Positions 37,108 to 47,486 of a stretch of DNA of 64,000 bases are shown here, piece by piece. The notes beneath the pieces were generated by a model. The model was not told the origin of the DNA and searched no databases. It saw only the letters and a program-made list of their open reading frames with translations. The DNA lies in NCBI GenBank assembly GCA_965662895.1, contig CBFIJH010000002.1:64001-128000 (forward strand), given 5' to 3'. Within the stretch, counting starts at the first letter, position 1; each line of letters begins with the position of its first letter. Source of the DNA: Candidatus Poseidoniaceae archaeon (lineage in GTDB: Archaea; Thermoplasmatota; Poseidoniia; Poseidoniales; Poseidoniaceae). Made by a program: the position numbers and the translations under genes.

Positions 37108-38475
37108 TCATGCAAACATTTCATCAAGCAACCAATCTGGATTAAATTGGAGAAGATCATCGTACCCTTGGCCGGTTCCTGCAAAGACAATTGGTCGGCC
37201 AGTTGCGAAGGCAATTGAAAGACCGGCACCTCCTTTTGCATCCGTGTCCATTTTTGATAGGACCGCCCCATCAAAGCGCATCATTTCTTGAAACATCTTG
37301 GCTTGGTCGACAGCGTCATTGCCAGCGAGAGCATCGCCTACGAAGAGGACGAGATGAGGGTTTGCAACGCGTCGAACCTTCTCGAGTTCTTTCATAAGAT
37401 TGGTCTTATTCTGCATCCGACCTGCGGTGTCAACCAAAACAACGTCGATGTTTTTGGCTTTTGCAGATTCAATCGCATCACGAGCAATGGCTGCAGCATC
37501 GCCCCCGCGCTGACTCGATATGCACCGAATGCCAAGGTTTTCACAGTGCGATTCAAGTTGCTGGATAGCACCTGCACGGAACGTATCTCCAGCAGCAGCG
37601 ATGACAGAGTGTCCGTTTGATTGAAGTCGATGTGCAATCTTTGCTGCCGTCGTAGTCTTCCCAGTTCCATTCACCCCTACGAGCATTACAACAACTGGGG
37701 CATCGCCTTGATCGAGAAAGGATTGAACCGAGGCATCAAAATCCCAATAGCCGGCGGACAGGAGATTCCGTAAAGCACGTTTGAGTGCCGCCTCCAACAC
37801 TTTTGCCAGTTCTGCACCACGACGCAAACGCGAGCCAACAAGGCTCTTGCGAAGAGCATTGAGAACTGACGTAACGGCTTCGCTGGATATGTCGGATTCA
37901 AGAAGCATCCACTCGAGTTCTTCGAGCAGTTCATCGAGCACCTTGCCTTCCTTGATGACTCGGCCTCCATGTTCAACGATTCCTCCTCCGAGTTCAATCG
38001 AGACTTTACCTGCCTCGGTTTCAATATCTGCAGTTTTTGATGAGCCTCTTGGAGCAGCCTTGACTTCAACCAATTGCCGGCCTGTTGTTGTACGCATCAT
38101 CGAAAGATCGACTTTGGAACCTTTTGGTTTCGCAACGAGAGTGGCTTTTCTTCTCTTGAGTTCTTTCTGACGTTTTTTCTCAAGTTTTTCTAGTCGTTTG
38201 CGTTCTCTTTTTGTAAGTTGAACTGGAAGTTCAATGTCATCTTCTTCGTCGTCCCAATCGTCCCAGTCATCATCTTCGATTTTTTCTTCCTCGATGGGTG
38301 GAAGAGCTTGGTTCAACTCTTCAGTATCAGCATCTTCCCATTCGTCTTCATGAACAGCAGACGTTTTTAGAGCAAGTTTGCCCTCTGCAGAATCCTCTGT
38401 CGCAGTTAAAGCCTCAGAATCGACCTCCTCAGCAACTTCTTTTACGCGCTTTTTGAATCGATCAAAGAGACCCAT
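37108..38475 (-). CDS. ftsY: Signal recognition particle receptor FtsY
   Basis: 'GVNGTGKTTT', 'DTFRAGA', 'DTAGR', 'KMDTDAKGG', 'GTGQGYDDL'; acidic N-terminal domain. Confidence 0.97.
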   Translation of the reverse strand: MGLFDRFKKRVKEVAEEVDSEALTATEDSAEGKLALKTSAVHEDEWEDADTEELNQALPPIEEEKIEDDDWDDWDDEEDDIELPVQLTKRERKRLEKLEKKRQKELKRRKATLVAKPKGSKVDLSMMRTTTGRQLVEVKAAPRGSSKTADIETEAGKVSIELGGGIVEHGGRVIKEGKVLDELLEELEWMLLESDISSEAVTSVLNALRKSLVGSRLRRGAELAKVLEAALKRALRNLLSAGYWDFDASVQSFLDQGDAPVVVMLVGVNGTGKTTTAAKIAHRLQSNGHSVIAAAGDTFRAGAIQQLESHCENLGIRCISSQRGGDAAAIARDAIESAKAKNIDVVLVDTAGRMQNKTNLMKELEKVRRVANPHLVLFVGDALAGNDAVDQAKMFQEMMRFDGAVLSKMDTDAKGGAGLSIAFATGRPIVFAGTGQGYDDLLQFNPDWLLDEMFA

Positions 38476-38483
38476 TGAATCAC

Positions 38484-39032
38484 CTAGTCGTCCAACGTTA
38501 ATTCATTTCCAAACATTCCACCACGGCGCCGTTTGGATTTCTGTTGAGGAGGATCGGGTTCAGGAGCTTGGAGTTCTTGCTTCTCTACAGGCTCACTGGA
38601 TTCACTTTTCGATTGGGTTTCAGCCGCTGCGGTAAACGATTGTGCAAGGGTTGAAATCGTCGCTTCAAGTTGCTGGCTTTGGGATTGAAGGTTTTCAAGA
38701 AGTGAGCCGAGTTCCTCCATCCGTTCTCGCGTCAAGGATGCCGCATCGGACCATGTTCGTTCACCAAAAATACCGCTGCCGAGATCAACGATTGTCGAAC
38801 CTTCTCCGCCTCCTGGATGTTGACAGGTGAGTGTTACACCAGCACCAATTGAAACGTGCATCTTCATCGCTGAATCGTGGTTTTTCTTGGCCAGCGTTTC
38901 GAGAATTGTTGCCGTGACATCGTGTTCGCCAAGGACGTTGATCACTTGTTCAATCCGTTCTTGAACCTCATGGAATCGCTCGCGATTCATTTCGACAAGC
39001 CTTGCCGTTTGTTGAAGTTCAGATTGTTCCAC
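38484..39032 (-). CDS. pfdA: Prefoldin alpha subunit
   Basis: Coiled coils around 'VSIGAGV...IVDLGSGIFGE'; conserved rpl18a-pfdA-ftsY order. Confidence 0.85.
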   Translation of the reverse strand: MEQSELQQTARLVEMNRERFHEVQERIEQVINVLGEHDVTATILETLAKKNHDSAMKMHVSIGAGVTLTCQHPGGGEGSTIVDLGSGIFGERTWSDAASLTRERMEELGSLLENLQSQSQQLEATISTLAQSFTAAAETQSKSESSEPVEKQELQAPEPDPPQQKSKRRRGGMFGNELTLDD

Positions 39033-39088
39033 GAGACCGCCTCAGCAATTCCTGTGGGCCGCCCCTCATCAATGCGGCGATGTTGCAT

Positions 39089-39361
39089 TCACTCTTCTTC
39101 GGCAACTGGAGCAACTTTTCCACCGGCTGCAGCAATTTCTTCCCGGAAGTGGTGGAGAACCGCTGGCTCGGTAGAAGTTCGTGGATCGATTTCATTGATT
39201 GATTCAATCGTGATTGAGCGTCGGGTTGCTTTGTGGCGGGAGCCAATGATTGAGTAAACGCGATGTTCGGCATCGTCTTTTGAAGATGCGACAACATCGA
39301 GTGAGAATTTTTGTCGTAGACTTCCAAACGGGGCTTGTCCATCAACACGGAATGCCTTCAT
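39089..39361 (-). CDS. rpl18a: 50S ribosomal protein L18Ae (LX)
   Basis: 'MKAFRVDG', 'A.HRVYSIIGSRHK..R..I.I'. Confidence 0.92.
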   Translation of the reverse strand: MKAFRVDGQAPFGSLRQKFSLDVVASSKDDAEHRVYSIIGSRHKATRRSITIESINEIDPRTSTEPAVLHHFREEIAAAGGKVAPVAEEE

Positions 39362-39457
39362 GAATTCAACCCCAATCGTTTCTTAATTTAAACGCGATGG
39401 TTGAGGTTTAGCGAATGCATCGCGTGTTTCATCAACGTGGAGGGACACGAGGAAAAC

Positions 39458-42316
39458 GTGCGAAGTCTTCTCGTAGCGGTCCTTATTCTCGCTTCACCTC
39501 TTCCACTTGGGTGGGTTAGCGATGCACCAACCAACGGTGGTTATGAAGTCCTTCTTCATGATACAGACGACGAAATGTGGGCGCAATCTGAATGGGAGGG
39601 ACTCAAAGAATTCGGTTACACGCCGCTACGTCTCTTGTCACCGAAGACACTCGTCGCTTGGAAACATGTTGATGCGTTTCTGCCCACAACAATTCTCGAA
39701 TCTGAAGCACCGCTTGCTCCTTGGAAATCCATCCCATTCGAAGGACAAACGGTTCGCATCGTGCTTGAACCCGGCCTGCCGGATTCGGCGCTCGACGATT
39801 TGCATACCGAGTTTCAGGAACTGCTCAGAACCTCACTTCCTCCCGCTGATACTGGACATCTTACCTCAATCAACGTCGTATGGGAGCCAACCTACCATAT
39901 GGAATGGTTCGAGAACGTTCCAGGCGTCTTATGGATTGAACCTGAACAAACCACTACGGGAAGGAACCTTGACTCAGCTGCTCTACTCTCTGGTAAAGAA
40001 ACTGATGAACATCCGTTGACATGGCAACTCGGTTTGAATGGCTCCGGTGTCGTCATAGGGGTTGCTGATACTGGAATTGATTCAGATCATTCCTGTTTCC
40101 ATGATGTCTCCAATGCAACAATTGGAGAAGGCCATCGAAAGCTCGTCTTTGTGAACACGACCATCGATGACTGGGATTCTTCAGGTCATGTGGATTACCG
40201 CCATGGCACCCATACTGCCGGAATTCTTGGGTGTCATCCTACTGGAACCCTGCTTGAAGAAAACATCCCCTCTGCCCTTATGTCGCTTGGTTACGGCACG
40301 AGGCTTGTTGTACAAGATATCGTTTCAGAAAATGGTTGGTCACCCCCAGACGTCGACCTCCTCCTCGCAGAATCGGCAATGTATGGTGGATATCTTCATT
40401 CCAATTCTTGGGGCGATGATACAACGGATTACACATTGCGGTCAGCAGATTTTGATGCTTTCACGCGTGAGTTTCCTTGGACACTACCGATTATTGCACC
40501 AGGAAATAACGGTGGATCGGTTCTTGAGCCAGCGAATGCACGAAATGTCATTGCAATCGGTGCATCAACCAAAGATACCGTTACTGAGCGATGGATGTCA
40601 TCTGTTCATGGGCCTACAGATGCCGAAACGCGAGGCATCTTTGCACTTGCGCCTGGTGTTGCAATCGTTTCTGCTCGATCGGATGGTTCGCCCAATACAT
40701 ACAACTCGGGCCATCATACCTTGAGTGGTACCAGCATGTCAACGCCGATGGCTGGAGCATACGCAAGCATTCTTCAGCAAATGGTACAAGATGGTTGGTT
40801 GACTGGTCATAATGAGAGCTTAAACGAACATTCCCTTCAAGACGATTCGCCATGGTTTGATTCAAATTCTGTTGAACGTTCAATTCTGCTTGGTGAGGGT
40901 TTTACTCCATCTGCACCACTGATGAAAGCCCTCATGTCGATTTCAACAACTCCACTCAATGATGAACATCGAAATGGAGGTGATGGAGGATCACACGCTC
41001 CGAACAACTATGATGGATGGGGCGTTCTCAACCTGAGCACGATTGTTGATTTTGAGAATCTCACGTCGTCTACAACAGAAATTGCCCGACCAATCTCCAA
41101 TGTCTGGATTCACGATTCCTATCGACTTCGTGACGGGATTCCCTCTGAACATCTCGTGAGTCGTGATGGACAGAAAGACCCAATCGAGGATTTGATGGAT
41201 AATGGATGGGATGGGTCCAATGCTGTTGGGCCATTCCTGTCGACTGGAGATGTTTTTCAGCAACGTTTCATTCTTCAAGAAGGTGAGTCCCTTGACGTTC
41301 GATTTTCGTTCCAAGCCAAGCCAGAACCTCATCTTGTTGACGATATTCAACTCATGGTTCGTTTTCCGGACGGAAGGTTTGCCCTAGGCGATGAATATCG
41401 GCAGGATGGACGTTCCCAATTGTACTATGATTTCGTTAATCCCCTCAATACAACAGCGTTCCCTCCAACGAACGAGACAACGGTTGGAGTTCACTTCGAT
41501 AGCGTTACGTTGGAAGACATCGATTACGTCGACATCATCGTTACGGGTCGTTACGTTTCTCCAGGAAATCAGCCAGGTACCTTAGGTATTGAGGGGGATC
41601 GTACTGGATTCGCTCTCGCTATCAAAGGTGTTGAAATCGATCCTCTCAATCACTCCGATGGCGATGGTGATGGTGTTCCATACGAACTCGACATCTGTCC
41701 GTTTACCAATGCATTTGATTGGGATCTGGATGGTGATGGTTGCATCGACGATAATGACATCGATGGTGTAAACGACGACGTTGATTCGTGCCCAACGACG
41801 CAAGCACTTGTCCCTGTGGACTCGGTTGGATGTTCGTTACAGAATCAAGCACCGCGTATCTTTTTGGACGAATCGTCGTTAAGTTCTCACGATAATGAAA
41901 CAATCGAGGTTCTTTTCTCGGTGCTTGATGAAGATAACGTAACGGTAACCATCGTTCTCGAACGATTTGGCCAACCGCCAGGTACCGTTGAAGTATGTAC
42001 TGCAATTGTTTCAAACGATTCTTGGGTGCGCTGCTCTGTTAACGTCAGTCAGAACTTTTTCCCGCTCAATGCTGAAGGGAATTGGACTGCATATATTGTT
42101 GCAGAAGACGATAATTCTAGTTCATGGACCGAGCCTGCTGCGTCAAATTATCGATCAACTGTCTTTGCAATACAACTTCCAGAGAAGCCTTTGCAAGAGG
42201 AGGCTGTGTCTGATTCGTGGTTCGCCACGGCCATGGTGGCCTCCATCGCCACAGCCATCGCAGTTGCCTTTATGGGTCAATTTTGGATTTTTTACCGGAA
42301 GAAAGAGAACAAATAG
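39458..42316 (+). CDS. Secreted S8 subtilisin-family peptidase with thrombospondin-type-3-like Ca-binding repeats and C-terminal TM anchor
   Basis: Triad 'ADTGID', 'HGTHTAG', 'SGTSMSTP'; 'DGDGDGV', 'DLDGDGC', 'DNDIDGV' repeats. Confidence 0.92.
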   Translation: MRSLLVAVLILASPLPLGWVSDAPTNGGYEVLLHDTDDEMWAQSEWEGLKEFGYTPLRLLSPKTLVAWKHVDAFLPTTILESEAPLAPWKSIPFEGQTVRIVLEPGLPDSALDDLHTEFQELLRTSLPPADTGHLTSINVVWEPTYHMEWFENVPGVLWIEPEQTTTGRNLDSAALLSGKETDEHPLTWQLGLNGSGVVIGVADTGIDSDHSCFHDVSNATIGEGHRKLVFVNTTIDDWDSSGHVDYRHGTHTAGILGCHPTGTLLEENIPSALMSLGYGTRLVVQDIVSENGWSPPDVDLLLAESAMYGGYLHSNSWGDDTTDYTLRSADFDAFTREFPWTLPIIAPGNNGGSVLEPANARNVIAIGASTKDTVTERWMSSVHGPTDAETRGIFALAPGVAIVSARSDGSPNTYNSGHHTLSGTSMSTPMAGAYASILQQMVQDGWLTGHNESLNEHSLQDDSPWFDSNSVERSILLGEGFTPSAPLMKALMSISTTPLNDEHRNGGDGGSHAPNNYDGWGVLNLSTIVDFENLTSSTTEIARPISNVWIHDSYRLRDGIPSEHLVSRDGQKDPIEDLMDNGWDGSNAVGPFLSTGDVFQQRFILQEGESLDVRFSFQAKPEPHLVDDIQLMVRFPDGRFALGDEYRQDGRSQLYYDFVNPLNTTAFPPTNETTVGVHFDSVTLEDIDYVDIIVTGRYVSPGNQPGTLGIEGDRTGFALAIKGVEIDPLNHSDGDGDGVPYELDICPFTNAFDWDLDGDGCIDDNDIDGVNDDVDSCPTTQALVPVDSVGCSLQNQAPRIFLDESSLSSHDNETIEVLFSVLDEDNVTVTIVLERFGQPPGTVEVCTAIVSNDSWVRCSVNVSQNFFPLNAEGNWTAYIVAEDDNSSSWTEPAASNYRSTVFAIQLPEKPLQEEAVSDSWFATAMVASIATAIAVAFMGQFWIFYRKKENK

Positions 42317-42397
42317 AGGACTTTTTGCTCATCCGTTTCAAGGGCTATCTTCAAACCTTATGGCATCCTCGGACGTTCATCACAGAAGGTGTTTACG

Positions 42398-43402
42398 ATG
42401 AGCGGACGATTATATGTTGGAATAGACCTAGGAACGTTTCAATCAACCATTGCTTCAAGCGCTGGAGCCATGCATTCGATTGAGACTGTCGTCGGACGGC
42501 CAAAAGACCCAGTTGCACGAAACTTCTTGAAGCGAGACGTGCTTTTTGGTGCTGATGCTCTGAAAAACAAACTTGCATGCAATCTTTACCGACCAATGGC
42601 TGCGGGTGTTACCCAAGATGATGAAGCAAATCTTGCTGCTGCCAAAGCCTTCGTTTCACACCTCATCGAGACCGTTGACCCAGAAGAATTTGACGAAGTG
42701 TTTGGGGTCATTTGCTCGCCAAGCCACGTTTCTTTCACTGACAAGAGCAATCTTGTTGCCACACTACGGGGACAAGTCAATGCAATTATGGTGGTTACTG
42801 AGCCATTCGCAACCGCATTTGCGATTAACGAAATCGGCGGTTCAATCGTCGTTGACATCGGTGCTGGAACCACAGATATCGCTCGAATTCACGGAACCTT
42901 CCCAACCGATGATGATCAAGTTACAATACAAGAAGCTGGTGACTGGCTTGACCTTGAATTGCAAACCCTCATCGCCAAGAAATTCACTGGAGCCCAGATT
43001 ACCAAAGACATGGTTCGAAAGTGGAAGGAAGAATCGTCCTACGTTGGCGGAGATGTTCGAACTGTCGAAGTTTCGCTCTCCGTTGATGGAAAAAGCCAGA
43101 ATGTTGACATTGGAGACCTCATCCAAGAGGCTTGTGAAATGCTCATTCCTAAGGTAGGAAACGCAATCAAGAGAATTGTTGCTGAGGCCGATCCTGAATA
43201 CCAACCCGTTCTTCGAAACAACATCATTCTTTCAGGCGGAGGATCCCTCATCGAAGGTCTTGCAGAGAGAGTTGCTCGTGAGATATCGGATATTGGTGAC
43301 GTAAACGTTTGGTGTGTTGAGAACCCACTCGAAAAGGTTGCAGAAGGTGCACTCATGCTTGCGGGTGAAATGCCTGACGACATGTACACCTCCATCAACT
43401 GA
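42398..43402 (+). CDS. Actin-like ATPase, MamK-like/MreB superfamily
   Basis: Phosphate-1 'GIDLGT', 'VTEPF', phosphate-2 'VDIGAGTTD', adenosine 'LSGGGS'. Confidence 0.92.
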   Translation: MSGRLYVGIDLGTFQSTIASSAGAMHSIETVVGRPKDPVARNFLKRDVLFGADALKNKLACNLYRPMAAGVTQDDEANLAAAKAFVSHLIETVDPEEFDEVFGVICSPSHVSFTDKSNLVATLRGQVNAIMVVTEPFATAFAINEIGGSIVVDIGAGTTDIARIHGTFPTDDDQVTIQEAGDWLDLELQTLIAKKFTGAQITKDMVRKWKEESSYVGGDVRTVEVSLSVDGKSQNVDIGDLIQEACEMLIPKVGNAIKRIVAEADPEYQPVLRNNIILSGGGSLIEGLAERVAREISDIGDVNVWCVENPLEKVAEGALMLAGEMPDDMYTSIN

Positions 43403-43494
43403 ATTGGCTTCAAGAATTCACTGTTAAATCGGGGCTTGATTGCCCAGATTCACAGGGAAGGTTCAAGAGTGGTTGAGTTTCCATCGTTTCTTGT

Positions 43495-44775
43495 ATGACG
43501 CTCGGCGCTTCAAATCCTGATGCCTCTCGTGGGCAACAAAACAGTATTGGAAATGACCGGGCTGCTTTGGAAGGGATGTTGAAAACCTACCCGGTTGAAC
43601 AACTCGTCGAGGAAGTTCTCATTGCTTGGGATGAGCTTGGGAAAAGAAATGACGAAGTTGTAACCATTAAACAACGATTACGCGTTCTTGAACTCGACCT
43701 CGCTGAGCGTGAAGATGAAGTTGCGCCAGAAATCCAACGCCTCCATGAATCTGAAGAGCAACTCAAAGAGGCTGAAGCTCGAATTGTTCACCTCGATCGT
43801 TTGTTGAACGATACTCGGCAAGAGCTCGATGCCCAAACCTCATCCCTTTCCAAAGAACAACAAGATGCCTTGCATGAGGAAGTTGAACAACTACGCAATC
43901 TAAGCACATCTCAAGATGAGGTCATTGCCGAGATGGAAGGACGAATGGGGTTGATGGTCGAAGCACTGGAGAAAGCTGCTGACGCTGGATTAACGTCTGT
44001 TACTGCTGACGAAGTCCGTTCACTGAAAAATCAACTCGATGAAAAGACTGCTCAATACGAGGCTGAAGTCGCTGCCAATACTGCATTGGAAGAGGAGCGT
44101 CAACGGTTGCGTGATATTGCTGACCGTATGCGTGGACTTTTGGATGCACGTGACAAGCGCTTGGCTGATTTGGAAGAGCAACTCGAACGCGTTATGCAGG
44201 GCCCACGTTCTGTATCAGCAGAACATGACTACCTCGTCGAACAAATCGAAGAGATGAAACGTCGTCTTCTTGAACGTAATCGCGAGTACGAATCGCTTCG
44301 TCGACGTGAACGTCGACTCCACACCGATGTGTTTGAACGGGATGAACGCATCCAACAGATGTCGCTCACGATTACCGATCTTGAGGCTGCTCTTACAGAC
44401 CGTGTTGCTGAAATTCGCGAATTGGAAACACAGAATGCTGTCGCAATGCAAGAGGTTACCAGCGTTCGTCGGGGAGAGAGAACCCGAGAGGTCGTTGGGC
44501 GCGTCTTTGCAGACTCATTGTCATTGGTTCGAGGCCATGATGCCAGGGAAGCGAAGAGAGATGCGTATGCCAACGCCCCCGATGTGGAGCGGAGTTTATC
44601 GACACCGGATACAGACGATATGCGAAACCTTGCAGAAGGCGGTACTGTAGATTTGGACGTGGAAGAATCTGAATTGTCACAAGGCATGGACGTTGATGAG
44701 AAGCGCCCGCCGTCACCTGGAGGCAGCGGCGACCCAGTACTTTTTGATGAAGATTCAGAGGACAGCAATGAGTGA
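43495..44775 (+). CDS. Long coiled-coil protein with acidic tail
   Basis: About 300 aa of near-continuous heptads rich in E/L/R/Q, then a D/E/S/P-rich C-terminus; no ATPase motif. Confidence 0.85.
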   Translation: MTLGASNPDASRGQQNSIGNDRAALEGMLKTYPVEQLVEEVLIAWDELGKRNDEVVTIKQRLRVLELDLAEREDEVAPEIQRLHESEEQLKEAEARIVHLDRLLNDTRQELDAQTSSLSKEQQDALHEEVEQLRNLSTSQDEVIAEMEGRMGLMVEALEKAADAGLTSVTADEVRSLKNQLDEKTAQYEAEVAANTALEEERQRLRDIADRMRGLLDARDKRLADLEEQLERVMQGPRSVSAEHDYLVEQIEEMKRRLLERNREYESLRRRERRLHTDVFERDERIQQMSLTITDLEAALTDRVAEIRELETQNAVAMQEVTSVRRGERTREVVGRVFADSLSLVRGHDAREAKRDAYANAPDVERSLSTPDTDDMRNLAEGGTVDLDVEESELSQGMDVDEKRPPSPGGSGDPVLFDEDSEDSNE

Positions 44776-45552
44776 TTGCAATCGTTCCTTGAGTAGTCCT
44801 AAATCCTCGAATTCTTCGGTAATCGTTCCCGTTACGATGTAATCTGCCCCTGCCTCCGCAGCAGCGTTCATTTGTTCAGGCGTGCGTATACCACCGCCAA
44901 TGATTAACGCACAGTTCATCGATGCTCGAGCAGTCTTGATGAGATCAATGGATACCGGTGATGATGCTCCAGAACCTGCCTCGAGATAGACCGTCGAGAA
45001 CCCATACATTTCTGCGGTTTGGCAATAAGCAGAAACCAATTCTGCGTCGTTTGGATGGATGAGGTCGGCATGGCCAACTTCGCCTACAGCTCCACCCGGG
45101 GCACACACGATGTATCCGGTCGGTATGGTTTGCAATCCCGCCTTGGCAATGTACGGTGCGCCGCGAAGTTGTTCTTCGATCAAGAATTTTCGGTTGGTAC
45201 TGTTCATGAGCATCATGAACAAGATTCCATCCGCTTTTGCAGACATGGCATGGGCCCCTCCTGGAAAAAGAATGACTGGAACATTCCACGTTTCTTCGTC
45301 GGCATCTGGATGTTGGCTTGCTGCGAACATCGACAATTCAAGCGCTTCTTGGATGGATGCGCACGTCGCATCGACAATGTTGCTACCCGTATCTGTTGAA
45401 CCACCCACAAAAATCGCTGACGTACCGCATTCAACAGCCACAAGTGCACGTTGTGCTGCAACCTCTGGTGATTGTTTGTCTGGATCGATGAGTGTGATAT
45501 GTTTCGTCCCCCCATCGCTTCTTGGAAGCATTGGTTCTCCGTGCGACCACAT
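44755..45552 (-). CDS. Geranylgeranylglyceryl phosphate synthase (GGGPS/PcrB)
   Basis: 'HITLIDPDK', 'FVGGST', 'ILFPG', 'YLEAGSGA', 'IGGGIR', 'IVTG'. Confidence 0.95.
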   Translation of the reverse strand: MWSHGEPMLPRSDGGTKHITLIDPDKQSPEVAAQRALVAVECGTSAIFVGGSTDTGSNIVDATCASIQEALELSMFAASQHPDADEETWNVPVILFPGGAHAMSAKADGILFMMLMNSTNRKFLIEEQLRGAPYIAKAGLQTIPTGYIVCAPGGAVGEVGHADLIHPNDAELVSAYCQTAEMYGFSTVYLEAGSGASSPVSIDLIKTARASMNCALIIGGGIRTPEQMNAAAEAGADYIVTGTITEEFEDLGLLKERLQSLIAVL

Positions 45553-45652
45553 TTTTCGACACCCGTTGTGTTGAGTCTAGGGGATAGAGTTGTTAAGGAA
45601 TTTCATGATTCATGAGCAAGAATTCACATACCGCATTGGAGAAGGGCGGTCC

Positions 45653-47431
45653 ATGGTTGATGTCGAGAGGCCTTTACGGAACATACTCTCGCGCTCCGAT
45701 GCCCCGAAAGGAAAGATTCGTCTCGCAATTCTCTGTTCAATTCTGAACAAAATATGGGATTTAGCCCCTCCACTCCTCATTGGAGTTGCAGTCGATGTTG
45801 TTGTTCAAAAGGAAGAATCGCTTCTTGCCCAATGGGGAATCATCGACCCTTGGAATCAACTGATTGTGCTTGCAGTTGCAACATTCATTATTTGGGGTCT
45901 TGAATCCTTATTCGAATATTTCTACGCAGTGTTATGGAGAAATTTAGCACAAACCGTCCAACACAATCTTCGAATTATCACATTCGATCATGTACAAAAC
46001 CAATCCATGACTTGGTTTGACGAGCATCAAAAAGGAGATTTACTCGCTATTATGAACGACGATGTCAATCAACTCGAACGCTTCTTGGACAAGGGTGCAA
46101 ACGATCTATTGCAAGTTTCAACAACCGTCGTTGTTGTTGGTGCTGTCTTCTTGTATCTCTCATGGGAAATTGCACTGTTCGCTGTACTGCCCATTCCTGT
46201 CATTCTTTGGGGTTCATTCCTCTACCAAAAGAGACTCGAGGTTCGCTATCGAGACGTTCGAACAACTGCAGGTCAATTGAATGCATTGCTCGAAAACGAT
46301 TTGACGGGTATGGCAACCATTCAGTCCTTTACCAACGAATCATTGGAATTGAAGAGAGTTCAGGCGTTATCCGAAGAATACAGAAACGCAAATCGCTCCG
46401 CAATTCGCCTCTCAGCAGCATTTGTTCCTCTTATCCGCATGGCAATTCTTGCTGGATTTACTGCAACGCTTCTTCTCGGTGGACGCCTTGCATTGGATGG
46501 TGTGCTTGCAGTTGGGGCTTATTCCGTTCTGGTGTTTATGACGCAGCGGTTGTTGTGGCCATTGACCCGTCTCGGAGAAACCTTTGATTTGTACCAACGG
46601 GCGATGGCGTCCTCGGTTCGAATTCTCACCCTTCTCAACGAGCCAAGCACAGTGACTGGAGGAAGTCATGTCCTGAATCAAGAGGTAGCCAAAGGTTCGC
46701 CACTTCTCTTCGAAAATGTTGGGTTTGCATATCCCGAGCGTACCGCCCTTTTCACGGATTTTAGTATCGAAATAAAGCCTGGAGAAACGCTTGGTGTTGT
46801 CGGTTCGACTGGTTCAGGAAAAACAACCCTCACAAGATTTCTCTTACGCTTTGTTGAACCAAAAAAGGGATCGATCACATGGGGTGGGAAAAACATCGGC
46901 GAGTATACGCTTGAATCATTACGTCATTCAATCGCCCTTGTTTCGCAACATGTCACACTTTTCCCGACCTCCATACTCGAAAACATCCGATACGGTAGAA
47001 ACGATGCCACCGATGAGGAGGTCAAACGAGCAGCACTCGCAGCTGAAGCATTTGATTTCATTGAGGATCTTCCCAATCAATGGGATACGTTTGTTGGGGA
47101 AGGGGGGTATCGTCTCTCTGGCGGTCAGCGACAACGTATTGCCATTGCTCGAGCAGTATTGAAAGATGCCCCGCTCCTTATTCTTGATGAAGCAACGTCG
47201 GCTGTTGACAATGAAACCGAAGCTGCACTGCAGCGAAGTATCGCTCGGATTAGTAAGAATCGTACAACCATTATCGTCGCTCACAGACTTTCGACCGTAA
47301 GGCACTCAAATTCCATTCTGGTGTTAGAAAGTGGAGAGGTTATTGAACAAGGCAAACATGAGGATTTGCTCGCTCTTTCGGGCAAATATGCGTCCCTGTG
47401 GTCCGTTCAAATGGGTGAGAAAAACGGCTGA
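45653..47431 (+). CDS. ABC exporter, fused permease/ATPase (MsbA-like)
   Basis: TM domain plus 'GSTGSGKT', 'LSGGQRQR', 'ILDEATS', 'AHRLST'. Confidence 0.95.
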   Translation: MVDVERPLRNILSRSDAPKGKIRLAILCSILNKIWDLAPPLLIGVAVDVVVQKEESLLAQWGIIDPWNQLIVLAVATFIIWGLESLFEYFYAVLWRNLAQTVQHNLRIITFDHVQNQSMTWFDEHQKGDLLAIMNDDVNQLERFLDKGANDLLQVSTTVVVVGAVFLYLSWEIALFAVLPIPVILWGSFLYQKRLEVRYRDVRTTAGQLNALLENDLTGMATIQSFTNESLELKRVQALSEEYRNANRSAIRLSAAFVPLIRMAILAGFTATLLLGGRLALDGVLAVGAYSVLVFMTQRLLWPLTRLGETFDLYQRAMASSVRILTLLNEPSTVTGGSHVLNQEVAKGSPLLFENVGFAYPERTALFTDFSIEIKPGETLGVVGSTGSGKTTLTRFLLRFVEPKKGSITWGGKNIGEYTLESLRHSIALVSQHVTLFPTSILENIRYGRNDATDEEVKRAALAAEAFDFIEDLPNQWDTFVGEGGYRLSGGQRQRIAIARAVLKDAPLLILDEATSAVDNETEAALQRSIARISKNRTTIIVAHRLSTVRHSNSILVLESGEVIEQGKHEDLLALSGKYASLWSVQMGEKNG

Positions 47432-47449
47432 TAAGTTTACACGCGAAAA

Positions 47450-47462
47450 CGAAAGTATATAT
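47450..47462 (+). promoter_or_regulatory. BRE/TATA promoter of the rhodopsin gene
   Basis: CGAAAG-TATATAT ending about 25 nt upstream of ATG 47487. Confidence 0.65.
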
Positions 47463-47486
47463 CCGCGAAGAAATTATTACGTTTTG

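Noticed and set aside
42398-43402. Magnetosome island suggested by the MamK-like gene
   Set aside because: No other mam/mms or iron-transport genes in the window.
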